Positions 8,172 to 16,749 of a stretch of 59,556 nucleotides of DNA are shown piece by piece. A program made the position numbers and the translations under genes. The stretch spans positions 24,245 to 83,800 of the forward strand of contig PAQK01000010.1 of NCBI GenBank assembly GCA_002709665.1, in the 5' to 3' direction. Origin of the DNA: Gemmatimonadota bacterium (lineage in GTDB: Bacteria > Latescibacterota > UBA2968 > GCA-2709665). Position 1 is the first letter of the stretch, and each line of letters begins with the position of its first letter. A model generated the notes under the pieces. The model saw nothing but the letters and a program-made list of their open reading frames with translations, made no database searches and was not told where the DNA came from.

Positions 8172-9029
8172 GTGTCTAAGCTAGCTAAAAGACCATACGC
8201 GCGAGAAGACGAATCACTAGATCAGTATTTGCAAGAGATCGGCGAAGTAAACCTCCTCACAGCAGCTGAGGAGATCACACTCGCAAAAAGAATCAAGAAG
8301 GGCGATCAGGATGCCCTGGAAAGACTTACTAAGGCCAACCTGAGATTTGTTGTCAGTGTGGCCAAACAATACCAGAATCAGGGACTCTCCATGGGTGACC
8401 TGATTAATGAAGGCAACCTTGGCCTTATCAAGGCTGCCAAAAGATTCGATGAAACTAAGGGCTTCAAGTTCATTTCTTACGCTGTCTGGTGGATTCGACA
8501 AGCGATACTTCAAGCCCTTGCTGAACAGTCCAGAATCGTGCGACTCCCTCTAAACAGGGTTGGAGCACTACACAAGATTGGTAAAGCATCAAGTGGGTTG
8601 GAGCAGGAATTCGGACGTGAACCCAGCCCAAGTGAGATTGCGGATCAGCTGGACATGAGCGACTATGAGGTCATGGATACACTTAAGATTTCAAGTCGCC
8701 ATTTGTCATTGGACGCCCCCTTCAACGAAGGTGAGGACAACAGCTTGCTGGATGTTCTGGAAGACGATCTTCAGCCTCCACCAGACGAATCCCTCATAGA
8801 CGATTCCCTCGGCCGAGAAATCGAAAAGGCGCTTGCTACCCTGACACCAAGAGAGGCGGAAGTCATTAGCCTTTATTTTGGGATTAATCGGGAACAGCCC
8901 CTTACCTTGGAGGAAATCGGTGAGCGATTTGGTCTGACCAGAGAAAGGGTGCGCCAGATTAAGGAGAAAGCAATCCGGCGACTCAGACACAACTCGAGAA
9001 GTCGCCCGTTGAAATCGTACCTGCATTGA
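8172..9029 (+). CDS. rpoD: Primary-type RNA polymerase sigma-70 factor (short FCB-group RpoD/SigA type)
   Basis: [19 protein letters not shown].., [58 protein letters not shown] and region 4 [23 protein letters not shown] are present. GTG start with AAGGAGAGG upstream. Region 1.1 is absent (285 aa). Confidence 0.9.
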   Translation: MSKLAKRPYAREDESLDQYLQEIGEVNLLTAAEEITLAKRIKKGDQDALERLTKANLRFVVSVAKQYQNQGLSMGDLINEGNLGLIKAAKRFDETKGFKFISYAVWWIRQAILQALAEQSRIVRLPLNRVGALHKIGKASSGLEQEFGREPSPSEIADQLDMSDYEVMDTLKISSRHLSLDAPFNEGEDNSLLDVLEDDLQPPPDESLIDDSLGREIEKALATLTPREAEVISLYFGINREQPLTLEEIGERFGLTRERVRQIKEKAIRRLRHNSRSRPLKSYLH

Positions 9030-9053
9030 TTGACGATTGATATAGGATTCACC

Positions 9054-9092
9054 AAAGTCCACGGCCTCTGGAATTTTCGGCCGTGGACTTTT
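9054..9092 (+). terminator. Rho-independent terminator after rpoD
   Basis: 13-bp stem AAAGTCCACGGCC / GGCCGTGGACTTT with a 12-nt loop, T-rich 3' end. Confidence 0.7.
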
Positions 9093-9154
9093 CACGTACC
9101 ACTGTTAATTCCTGTTTTTCCAAATGTTGCACGGGTCACTGAGCGTCCTACCAC

Positions 9155-9183
9155 TTGACTGCAGTGTCTAAACATTTTAAATT
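9155..9183 (+). promoter_or_regulatory. Sigma-70-like promoter candidate (TTGACT-17-TAAATT)
   Basis: TTGACT at 9155-9160, 17-nt spacer, TAAATT at 9178-9183, about 55 nt upstream of the 9239 ATG. Confidence 0.4.
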
Positions 9184-9238
9184 ACGGCTGATTCCGTAAA
9201 GAGTTGGTCACCGTTACTTCCTGCAGAAAGGACTCGAT

Positions 9239-9490
9239 ATGTCAGGCAACAAGGTCACGAATTACCTGCTCCTTATCCTAGCGATCCTGCTCACAGCAAA
9301 TCTCGTACGCCCCATGCTCACACCCGGCACCGCCCACGCAGATGACGACGCAGAAAAGGCTGAGTTCATGGCAATTACAGGCGCCGGGAGGGCTTGCTGG
9401 ATCCTAAAGGACAATAAAGTGTACTACCTCACGGCCGACAACGAAGGATACATCAAGCACATCAACCGTCCCGAAGAACTTCCGGAATAA
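9239..9490 (+). CDS. Small hypothetical protein with N-terminal membrane anchor/signal (83 aa)
   Basis: Hydrophobic NYLLLILAILLTANLV is followed by AHA-DDD. AAAGGA lies upstream of the ATG. No family was recognised. Confidence 0.45.
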   Translation: MSGNKVTNYLLLILAILLTANLVRPMLTPGTAHADDDAEKAEFMAITGAGRACWILKDNKVYYLTADNEGYIKHINRPEELPE

Positions 9491-9567
9491 CGCTTTGTTA
9501 CTCCAGATTGGTGATATCTGGCTCATGCTTTAGCGCTTAGGATGATGATTCTGCCTAAAAGGGATCA

Positions 9568-10599
9568 ATGACGACATCCCAGGTCTACGAATACAGTTGT
9601 GCCATTCATGTCCATTCCACAATTTCCGACGGCACAGGTGAGGTTCATGAGATTATACAGGCAGGTCAGGCTGCTGAATTGGACGTCCTGATACTGACGG
9701 ATCACAACAGTCTTAGGGCGAAAACGGAAGGTTGGGAGGGCTGGCACGGCGGCTTGCTGTTCGTGGTTGGCGAGGAGGTCTCCAGCCGTCGAGGACACTG
9801 TCTTGCGCTTGGCACCAAAAGTGAAGTGAATCATTATCAATCAGCCGGTGGCATCGTTCGCGACATCCGAGTGCAAAATGGCCTTGCCTTCCTTGCCCAT
9901 CCCCATGGGGTCTACCGGCCGCTCCTGCATACCAGAGACCATTCATGGAAAGACTGGAATGTCGCAGGTTTTACGGGAATTGAACTCTGGTCGTACATGT
10001 TCGATTGGGTAAGCGAACTCAAGTACCACCACTTCCTCAGGCATTACAGAAATCCTCAAGCACAAATCAAGGGCCCATTTCCCAAAACTGTCCACCTATG
10101 GGACCGACTGTGCCAGAAGGAAAGAATTGTAGCGATCGGAGGAGTGGATGCCCACGCAAAGAAGTATCCATTCTTGCCCTTCGTGGTTTTCCCTTATGAA
10201 TACCTGTTCAAAACCCTGCGGACACATATACTGACCAATGAGCCGTTGGCAGAGGACAAGTCGGAGGCCATAGAAGCATCATTGGCAGCGATGCGTCAGG
10301 GCAACTGTTTCGCATCCTACGATTACCTGCACAATGGGAAGGGTACCAGATTTTTCTCTGCCGACAACAACTTGATCATGGGAGATGAAGCAGAGTATCA
10401 CGAGCCCCTGGACTTGGTGGTTACGCTCCCCTGGAAGGCCCACCTGTCGGTGGTCAGAAACGGTGTCGCAATAAAGCGAGCCGAAGAGAAAGACCTGGAA
10501 TTCAGGGCTGATTCGCCCGGAGTTTACCGCGTAGAGGCAAGGTTGGACGGCAAACCCTGGATTTACACGAACCCAATTTACCTGAGGTCGACATCTTGA
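9568..10599 (+). CDS. PHP-domain metal-dependent phosphoesterase (CehA/McbA-like)
   Basis: CAIHVHSTISDGTGEV.., LILTDHN and GGVDAHA are PHP-type His/Asp metal-ligand motifs. Confidence 0.7.
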   Translation: MTTSQVYEYSCAIHVHSTISDGTGEVHEIIQAGQAAELDVLILTDHNSLRAKTEGWEGWHGGLLFVVGEEVSSRRGHCLALGTKSEVNHYQSAGGIVRDIRVQNGLAFLAHPHGVYRPLLHTRDHSWKDWNVAGFTGIELWSYMFDWVSELKYHHFLRHYRNPQAQIKGPFPKTVHLWDRLCQKERIVAIGGVDAHAKKYPFLPFVVFPYEYLFKTLRTHILTNEPLAEDKSEAIEASLAAMRQGNCFASYDYLHNGKGTRFFSADNNLIMGDEAEYHEPLDLVVTLPWKAHLSVVRNGVAIKRAEEKDLEFRADSPGVYRVEARLDGKPWIYTNPIYLRSTS

Positions 10600-13031
10600 T
10601 GGAATCCTTTGAAAAACAGAACCGGCTTGTGGCGATGGCCGTGCTTCTTTTTGCCTTCTTGATTTACCTCAAGACTGTTGCGCCTACAGTTACCTTCTGG
10701 GACACCGGTGAATTCATCGCAGCATCTCACATCCTGGGTGTACCTCACCCACCCGGCGCCCCCTTTCATACCCTTTTGGGGCGCTTCTTCTCCATGTTGC
10801 CGATCCCAGGTGAGATTGCATTTCGTGTGAACATCATCTCCGTAATCGCAGCGGCGGTCACTGTCCTGTTGATCTACCTGTGTGTTGTGCGACTCCTATC
10901 GATCTGGCTGGAGACCTCCCAGACGCTCGACAGGATCGCGATATTCGCCGGAGGTGCTGTCGGGGCTTTGAGCACAGCGTTCTCCACCTCGTTCTGGTCC
11001 AATGCCACGGAGGCCGAAGTCTACGCTCTATCCATGATGCTTACGCTTCTGGCATTCTGGTTGGCACTCAGGTGGGATGGAAATCCAGGTGAAAAAAACA
11101 GGGATCGTCTTCTGATCTTTATCGTTTATCTCTTTGGCCTTGGGGCTGGTGTGCACTTGCAGTGTCTGCTCACCATCCCGGGAATTTTGATCCTGATTTT
11201 CACCGATCTGTTACGTACACATCGGCAGAAAGATCAGGTGACCGTGGTCCTGGCGCTGATCCTTTATCCGTTCCTATCCATCATTCTGCCTATGGAATTC
11301 AAGATTCTGATGAGTCTGGGCATATTGGTGGCGCTGGTCGTTCTGAGGACTGCCTGGAGGAACCCGTGGTTTTGGATCTGTGGACTGGGTGTGGGACTGC
11401 TGGGGTACTCAACCTACCAGGCGCTTTTCATCCGGTCAGGTCTTAATCCAATCATAGATATGAACAATCCCGAGAACTGGGAAAACTTCAAGGCCTTCCT
11501 TTCCCGTGAGCAATACGGCACTCACTCCATCACCCCGAGGAGAGGTGCGGTTTGGACTTATCAGTTGAACATCCACATAAAGTACTTCCTGCAGCAATTC
11601 CCATTCTACGATGAGGGCGTCGCAGGCGGTTTCTTCTCTCTCCCTGTGATGCAGTTCCTACTCCACAAACTTCCCTTCTATGATATGCTCGCGGGAACTT
11701 TCAGAAGGGCCGTGAATACCCTGGGAAGCAATTTTCAGAGTGTCCCCTACTCAGTCCTGCCGATCGCCCTAGGGATTGGTGGCGCAATCTATCACTTCAG
11801 GAAAGACTGGAAACGTTTTGCCACAGTGTTCGCCCTCTTTTCATTGATGGGCATTGGACTGGTAATCTACCTGAACATGCCTGATCCTGAACCGAGAGAG
11901 CGTGAGTACATTTTCGTAGGCGCTTACACCTTCTTCGGCATTTGGATGGGCATTGGGGCGGCGGGTCTAATCCATTTGATCGGTCGTTCGACAGTCTCTT
12001 TGTCCATGGCTGGAGCCATTGCTGTTGTCACATTGCTGTTCCCAATAGGAATACTAGGAAAGAACTATTATACCCACAATCGCAGCCAGGACTATGTTGC
12101 CCACGACTACGCATATAACATCCTGCAGTCTTGTCCCCCGAACACTATCTTGTTCACAAATGGGGACAACGATACCTACCCGCTCTGGTTCCTGCAGTAC
12201 GTCAAGGGTGTCCGGCGAGATGTGCGTGTCACGAACCTCAGTTTGCTGAAAACAACCTGGTATGTCAAGCAACTCAGAGACCTGGAGCCCAAAATCCCTA
12301 TCGGAATGACCGACCAGCAAATCAACCAGCAGGTTACCGCCCGCCCTTGGAGAGAGACGAAAGACATCCCTCTGGCAGGGCTTACGATCAAGGGAGAAGA
12401 GATACCTACTGCCGAATACCTGGCAGGGAATTCGAGCCAACGGATACGGGTGTTGGAATCCCATTCCTATATGATCTGGTGGATTGTTCAAAAGAATAAC
12501 TGGGAGCGTCCGATCTACTTCTCGGTCACGGTTCCCGAAAGCAATATGGCAGGCCTGAAGCCATTTCTGTCCATGGAAGGCATGGGATACCGTCTGGTCA
12601 AGGAACGTGCCCCTGGCCAGTTCGATGTAGGACTCACGGCGGATCACCTGATGAATACCTACAGGTTTTCAGGCGTAGCCGACCAGAATGTCTACAAGGA
12701 TGCCGTTGCCCGACGACTCCTGGGAAATTACCTCGTCCTCTTTGACGGCCTGATCCGAGCATACCTACAGCAAGACCTTCCCGCAATGGCCTTCCAAACG
12801 CTCCAGAAAGCGGAGGTTTTGGTGCCACCTCACTCTCTCGATACACCGCTTGTCTGGGCATCCATGGCGAACCACTATCGTCAAACCGCCTTGAAGTTTG
12901 CTGAAGCCGGACGCCCGGACAGCGCACTGGTCTGTTTAGAGGAGCTTATTCGCCTGGATCCGGAGACCACGGACCGCCAGCAGATCGAGGAGACGATCCG
13001 AACCTGGCAACACCAAATCGACTCCTTATAA
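10599..13031 (+). CDS. DUF2723-type polytopic membrane glycosyltransferase-like protein with C-terminal TPR-like region
   Basis: TFWDTGEFIAASHILGVPHPPGAPF is the DUF2723 signature as I recall it. The N-terminal half has many TM segments and the C-terminal part is soluble. ATG 10599 overlaps the PHP gene's TGA; the track uses TTG 10596. Confidence 0.7.
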   Translation: MESFEKQNRLVAMAVLLFAFLIYLKTVAPTVTFWDTGEFIAASHILGVPHPPGAPFHTLLGRFFSMLPIPGEIAFRVNIISVIAAAVTVLLIYLCVVRLLSIWLETSQTLDRIAIFAGGAVGALSTAFSTSFWSNATEAEVYALSMMLTLLAFWLALRWDGNPGEKNRDRLLIFIVYLFGLGAGVHLQCLLTIPGILILIFTDLLRTHRQKDQVTVVLALILYPFLSIILPMEFKILMSLGILVALVVLRTAWRNPWFWICGLGVGLLGYSTYQALFIRSGLNPIIDMNNPENWENFKAFLSREQYGTHSITPRRGAVWTYQLNIHIKYFLQQFPFYDEGVAGGFFSLPVMQFLLHKLPFYDMLAGTFRRAVNTLGSNFQSVPYSVLPIALGIGGAIYHFRKDWKRFATVFALFSLMGIGLVIYLNMPDPEPREREYIFVGAYTFFGIWMGIGAAGLIHLIGRSTVSLSMAGAIAVVTLLFPIGILGKNYYTHNRSQDYVAHDYAYNILQSCPPNTILFTNGDNDTYPLWFLQYVKGVRRDVRVTNLSLLKTTWYVKQLRDLEPKIPIGMTDQQINQQVTARPWRETKDIPLAGLTIKGEEIPTAEYLAGNSSQRIRVLESHSYMIWWIVQKNNWERPIYFSVTVPESNMAGLKPFLSMEGMGYRLVKERAPGQFDVGLTADHLMNTYRFSGVADQNVYKDAVARRLLGNYLVLFDGLIRAYLQQDLPAMAFQTLQKAEVLVPPHSLDTPLVWASMANHYRQTALKFAEAGRPDSALVCLEELIRLDPETTDRQQIEETIRTWQHQIDSL

Positions 13032-13037
13032 TTGGAA

Positions 13038-13062
13038 TAAGAAAAGCCGTCACAGTCGACGG
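13038..13062 (-). terminator. Weak terminator candidate after the GT2 gene
   Basis: On the minus strand, CCGTC-GACTGT-GACGG (5 bp) is followed by CTTTTCTTATT. The stem is short, hence the low confidence. Confidence 0.3.
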
Positions 13063-13121
13063 TATGAACTGAAATTCCACCTTCGGAAATTTCTCCATAT
13101 TCCTGAGAGTGCCCCCTTCTG

Positions 13122-13892
13122 CTATACCCTTTCTTTGTATCTGATGCGAAACAAATCGATCAGATTGCGTACAACGCCCGATACGATTGTGGTACGTGTG
13201 TCATGGTCGCTATTCCACAACACCGGGATCTCTGCGATCTGATACCCTAATCTGTGCGCCAGAAAGAAGACCTCTACATCGAACATGAAACGGTCTATGG
13301 TCAGCCGGGAAAAAATATCTTTGGCTACATGGGCCTGAAAGAACTTGAATCCACATTGAGTGTCCTGGTGGCCCCTTAATTCCGGGAACAGGAGATGCAT
13401 GAATCGCCTGAATACGATCGAACCCACCCGACGATAGAATCTCGGCTGAAGATCAATCCTTGACCCCGCCAGACGGCGGGAACCAACAACCACATCCTTC
13501 CCGTTTTCCAGACATCGAAGCGCTTCCTCCGTACACCCCACGTCGGTCTTGTAATCAGCATCCATGAAGCCGATGAATTTCCCCATCGCTTTTCTCACAC
13601 CCATCTTTAGGGAATGTCCTTTTCCTCTGTTCTCTCTTTCTCGGATGACCAGCACACGCTTTTCAGAGGCAATCGCCTTTTCCACCGTGTCTGCGGTCCC
13701 ATCCGTACTGCCATCATCCACCACGATCAACTCCCAACTGTATGGTTTGTCTTCCAAGTAGGAGAGCGTCTTTTGTATCGTAATGGGTATACGGCGAGAC
13801 TCATTGTATGCAGGAAGAATTAGAGAGAGATGCGGCGAACAGGGCCTGGACGGGTCTCGACTGTCTGCGATGTAATCTTCAGAAGGTTCCAA
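13122..13892 (-). CDS. Family 2 glycosyltransferase (dolichyl/polyprenyl-phosphate hexosyltransferase-like)
   Basis: LSLILPAYNE, LIVVDDGSTDGT and FMDADY are GT-A fold DxD-type motifs. Confidence 0.85.
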   Translation of the reverse strand: MEPSEDYIADSRDPSRPCSPHLSLILPAYNESRRIPITIQKTLSYLEDKPYSWELIVVDDGSTDGTADTVEKAIASEKRVLVIRERENRGKGHSLKMGVRKAMGKFIGFMDADYKTDVGCTEEALRCLENGKDVVVGSRRLAGSRIDLQPRFYRRVGSIVFRRFMHLLFPELRGHQDTQCGFKFFQAHVAKDIFSRLTIDRFMFDVEVFFLAHRLGYQIAEIPVLWNSDHDTRTTIVSGVVRNLIDLFRIRYKERV

Positions 13893-13911
13893 ATTGCCTT
13901 TCTACCAGCAT

Positions 13912-14901
13912 TCACTTCCAGATTGATCTTCGGTAATTGAATATCACTTTACTACCATCCGGTTCAATCCCAACAGGCATCCAACGATAATCCTTCATAC
14001 CTTCTCGTAGTCGCTCCTGCTTGGTCGGTAGGCAGTAAGCCATCAAAAACCCTCCCCCGCCCGCACCACAAACTTTCGCACCGGTTGCGCCCGAGGTCAT
14101 TGCAAGGGAATACATACGATCCAACTCTTCGTTGCTTACCTTTTCGGAGAGATCTTTCTTGAGTCTCCATCCACAGTCCATCAGCCTTCCGATCTCCCCG
14201 AATTCTCGATCGATCAATGCCCTTCGTGCCTCCTTGGCAAGTCCTGCCATCTGGTGAAGCCTCGCCAGATTCTCCTCAATTCGTCCCTTCTGGTCGGCCA
14301 GAATGGGGTCGGCCTTGCGTGTCTGGTTGCTGAAGAACAAGAATAGGTTGTCTGAAAACCGTCTCTGCTCAGCCTCGGATAACGAGATCTGCTCGCACAT
14401 TACCGGTCCATTCCGCTTGAATTCAAGTGCCATCACACCACCGTGAGCTGCGATATACTGGTCCTGTTTTCCAATCGGTTTCCCACATCTATCTATCTCG
14501 ATCTCACAAGCCTCCTCAGCGATCGTCGGAGGGTCTGCTGGACTGCCAAGGTAGGTGTGAAAAGCTGTTAGAAGGCCTACCGTAAAGCTGCTGGATGATC
14601 CCAATCCGGATCCTTCGGATGGAATGTCAGAAAGCATTGTCACCTCGATACCATTCGAGATTCCGGTAAGGTACATCGCCTCACGAACCAACTCGTGTTT
14701 GACTTCCTCTACGCGGTCAACGATTTCCTTGCGTGAGTAGTTGACGTATATCTTGTCATCGTTCCGACGTGTCAGGATAACAAACACCGATTTATCGATA
14801 GCCGCGTTCACTACAAGCCCGCCATGATTCTCGTAGTAGTCAGGAAGATCTGTTCCACCACCTGCGAAACTCACTCTCAGGGGCGTCTGTGTAATGATCA
14901 T
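13912..14901 (-). CDS. GHMP-family sugar kinase (D-glycero-D-manno-heptose-7-phosphate kinase/HddA-like)
   Basis: MIITQTPLRVSFAGGGTDLPDYY and the GHMP motif PSEGSGLGSSSS are present, with a C-terminal GAGGGGF. Confidence 0.8.
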   Translation of the reverse strand: MIITQTPLRVSFAGGGTDLPDYYENHGGLVVNAAIDKSVFVILTRRNDDKIYVNYSRKEIVDRVEEVKHELVREAMYLTGISNGIEVTMLSDIPSEGSGLGSSSSFTVGLLTAFHTYLGSPADPPTIAEEACEIEIDRCGKPIGKQDQYIAAHGGVMALEFKRNGPVMCEQISLSEAEQRRFSDNLFLFFSNQTRKADPILADQKGRIEENLARLHQMAGLAKEARRALIDREFGEIGRLMDCGWRLKKDLSEKVSNEELDRMYSLAMTSGATGAKVCGAGGGGFLMAYCLPTKQERLREGMKDYRWMPVGIEPDGSKVIFNYRRSIWK

Positions 14902-14910
14902 GGTCGTCCC

Positions 14911-16038
14911 TTAACCGTTCACTTGACGGACAACATTGAGCTTTTTCATATGGTTCTCTACATACTCCAGAATGTCCTCCACGCTTTGCTGAGCACGGAG
15001 CCACTCCACGTATTCAGTTACGCTGTGCTTCGGTGTTCGGGTGGGAGACCAACCCAGCCCCTTTAGTTTGCTTATATCGGACACGATATGTCTCGTGTCG
15101 CCAAACCTGTAGGAGCCTGGGATCCTTGGAGAGGAATCCTTGCCGTACACATCAGCGACAATGGCCACAAACTCCGCTACACTATACGCCTTCCCACCCC
15201 CTACATTGATCACTTGATAATCGACTTCCGGTGAAGACAGAACCAGGAGGTTGGCCGCCACCACATCATGAATGTTCACATAATCTCTAAGCTGCGCGCC
15301 ATCTTCGTAAAGGATAGGCACCTGATCGAAATAGAGGCTGAGGCAGAATATTCTACAGGCGCCCGAGTAGGCGTTGTAAAAAGACTGTCGTGGTCCCTGA
15401 ACAATAGAATACCTCAAAGCAACGGTGGGAATTCTATACCGTTTGCCCAGGGTGAGCGCAATCATCTCCTGGGCGTATTTGGAGATGGCATACTGATTCT
15501 TTGGATTTACGGTCTCCTCATCCGTTGCCCGCCAGTCGATCTCCCCTTCACAGGATGGACAGACAGGTTCCCATATCCCCCGCATCAGCTGATCTTCGGA
15601 GCGAATGTCCGGATAGACATCTGCATGGCTTTCACAGGTGTAACAACCCTCACCGTAGACAGCCTGTGAGGATGCCACTACAACCTTTTCTACGGCCAGG
15701 TGGTGTTCAACGATCAGTTCGTACAACAAAGCTGTGCTTTCAGCGTTAACGTGAATAAATGTACTGAAATCGGGAAGGTAGTCTTGATAGGCGGCAAGGT
15801 GAAAGACACAGTCGACACCTTTGAGTGCCGACAACAGGTCAGACGCTGAGCAGGCATCGCCCTGGATAAACTCTGCATGGTCTGATATGTAACCCGGCTT
15901 TCCATGTGGATGCACTCTGGTCTGCAGAGAATCCAGAATGCTTACGGTATGCCCTGCCTTAAGCAAGGCATCAACCGTGTGGGACCCTATGAATCCCGCG
16001 CCTCCGATGACCAAGCAGTTCTTCTTGTTTCCCGCCAT
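14911..16038 (-). CDS. NAD-dependent sugar epimerase/dehydratase (extended SDR) with Cys4 insertion
   Basis: Rossmann motif VIGGAGFIGSH and catalytic YAISKY (YxxxK) are present. A CYTC..(24)..CPSC insert lies between them. Confidence 0.85.
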   Translation of the reverse strand: MAGNKKNCLVIGGAGFIGSHTVDALLKAGHTVSILDSLQTRVHPHGKPGYISDHAEFIQGDACSASDLLSALKGVDCVFHLAAYQDYLPDFSTFIHVNAESTALLYELIVEHHLAVEKVVVASSQAVYGEGCYTCESHADVYPDIRSEDQLMRGIWEPVCPSCEGEIDWRATDEETVNPKNQYAISKYAQEMIALTLGKRYRIPTVALRYSIVQGPRQSFYNAYSGACRIFCLSLYFDQVPILYEDGAQLRDYVNIHDVVAANLLVLSSPEVDYQVINVGGGKAYSVAEFVAIVADVYGKDSSPRIPGSYRFGDTRHIVSDISKLKGLGWSPTRTPKHSVTEYVEWLRAQQSVEDILEYVENHMKKLNVVRQVNG

Positions 16039-16047
16039 TGGAACCCT

Positions 16048-16749
16048 CTATGCCTCCCAACGTCCCTGGAAGTATGTCGCCAACCTTTTGACACGTCTTC
16101 GCATAAGCAAATACCCAACGATGAAGCCAACAATATGGGCATACCAGGCCACGCCGCTGTCACCACCCGATGATTCTGTTGTGGCGCTGAAGACCTGAAT
16201 GACAAACCACCCCCCCAAAACCAATAGTGCAGGCACGCGTACTATCTGTATAAAGAAGATTAGAAAAACCAGGACATGGACACGCGCACCTGGGAATGCG
16301 GCCAGATAAGCCCCTAGGACCCCGGAAATCGCGCCACTTGCCCCAACCAGAGGAACCATCGAGTTCGGGCTGGAGATAACGTGAGCAGCGGTTGCGGAAA
16401 TACCACAGAGGAGATAGAAACACAGGAACCCGAATGGTCCAAGAGACTCTTCTACATTGTTACCGAAAATCCAGAGATAAAGGAGATTGCCGCTCAGGTG
16501 CATCAACCCTCCATGCATAAACATAGCGGAAAAGATAGTAAGGTAGAGGGGAATTGACGTCGGCGATACTGCATCCACTGCATGGATGATTTCAAACGGA
16601 ATCAGCCCCATTCTCTGGATGAACACGTCAAATCCATGCGTTCCCAGGAGGTAGGAGTACAGAAATACTATAGAATTTATAGCCACAATCGACAGGGTAA
16701 CCCACGGCCTGGTGATGGTAGGGTTGTCATCTTTGATAGGTAGGATCAT
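16048..16749 (-). CDS. Rhomboid-family intramembrane serine protease
   Basis: HGGLMHLSGNLLYLWIFGN and GASGAISGVLGAY (GxSG) with a later AHIVGF His. ATG 16749 overlaps the M23 gene's TGA (ATGA). The track start at 16806 lies inside the upstream gene. Confidence 0.85.
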   Translation of the reverse strand: MILPIKDDNPTITRPWVTLSIVAINSIVFLYSYLLGTHGFDVFIQRMGLIPFEIIHAVDAVSPTSIPLYLTIFSAMFMHGGLMHLSGNLLYLWIFGNNVEESLGPFGFLCFYLLCGISATAAHVISSPNSMVPLVGASGAISGVLGAYLAAFPGARVHVLVFLIFFIQIVRVPALLVLGGWFVIQVFSATTESSGGDSGVAWYAHIVGFIVGYLLMRRRVKRLATYFQGRWEA

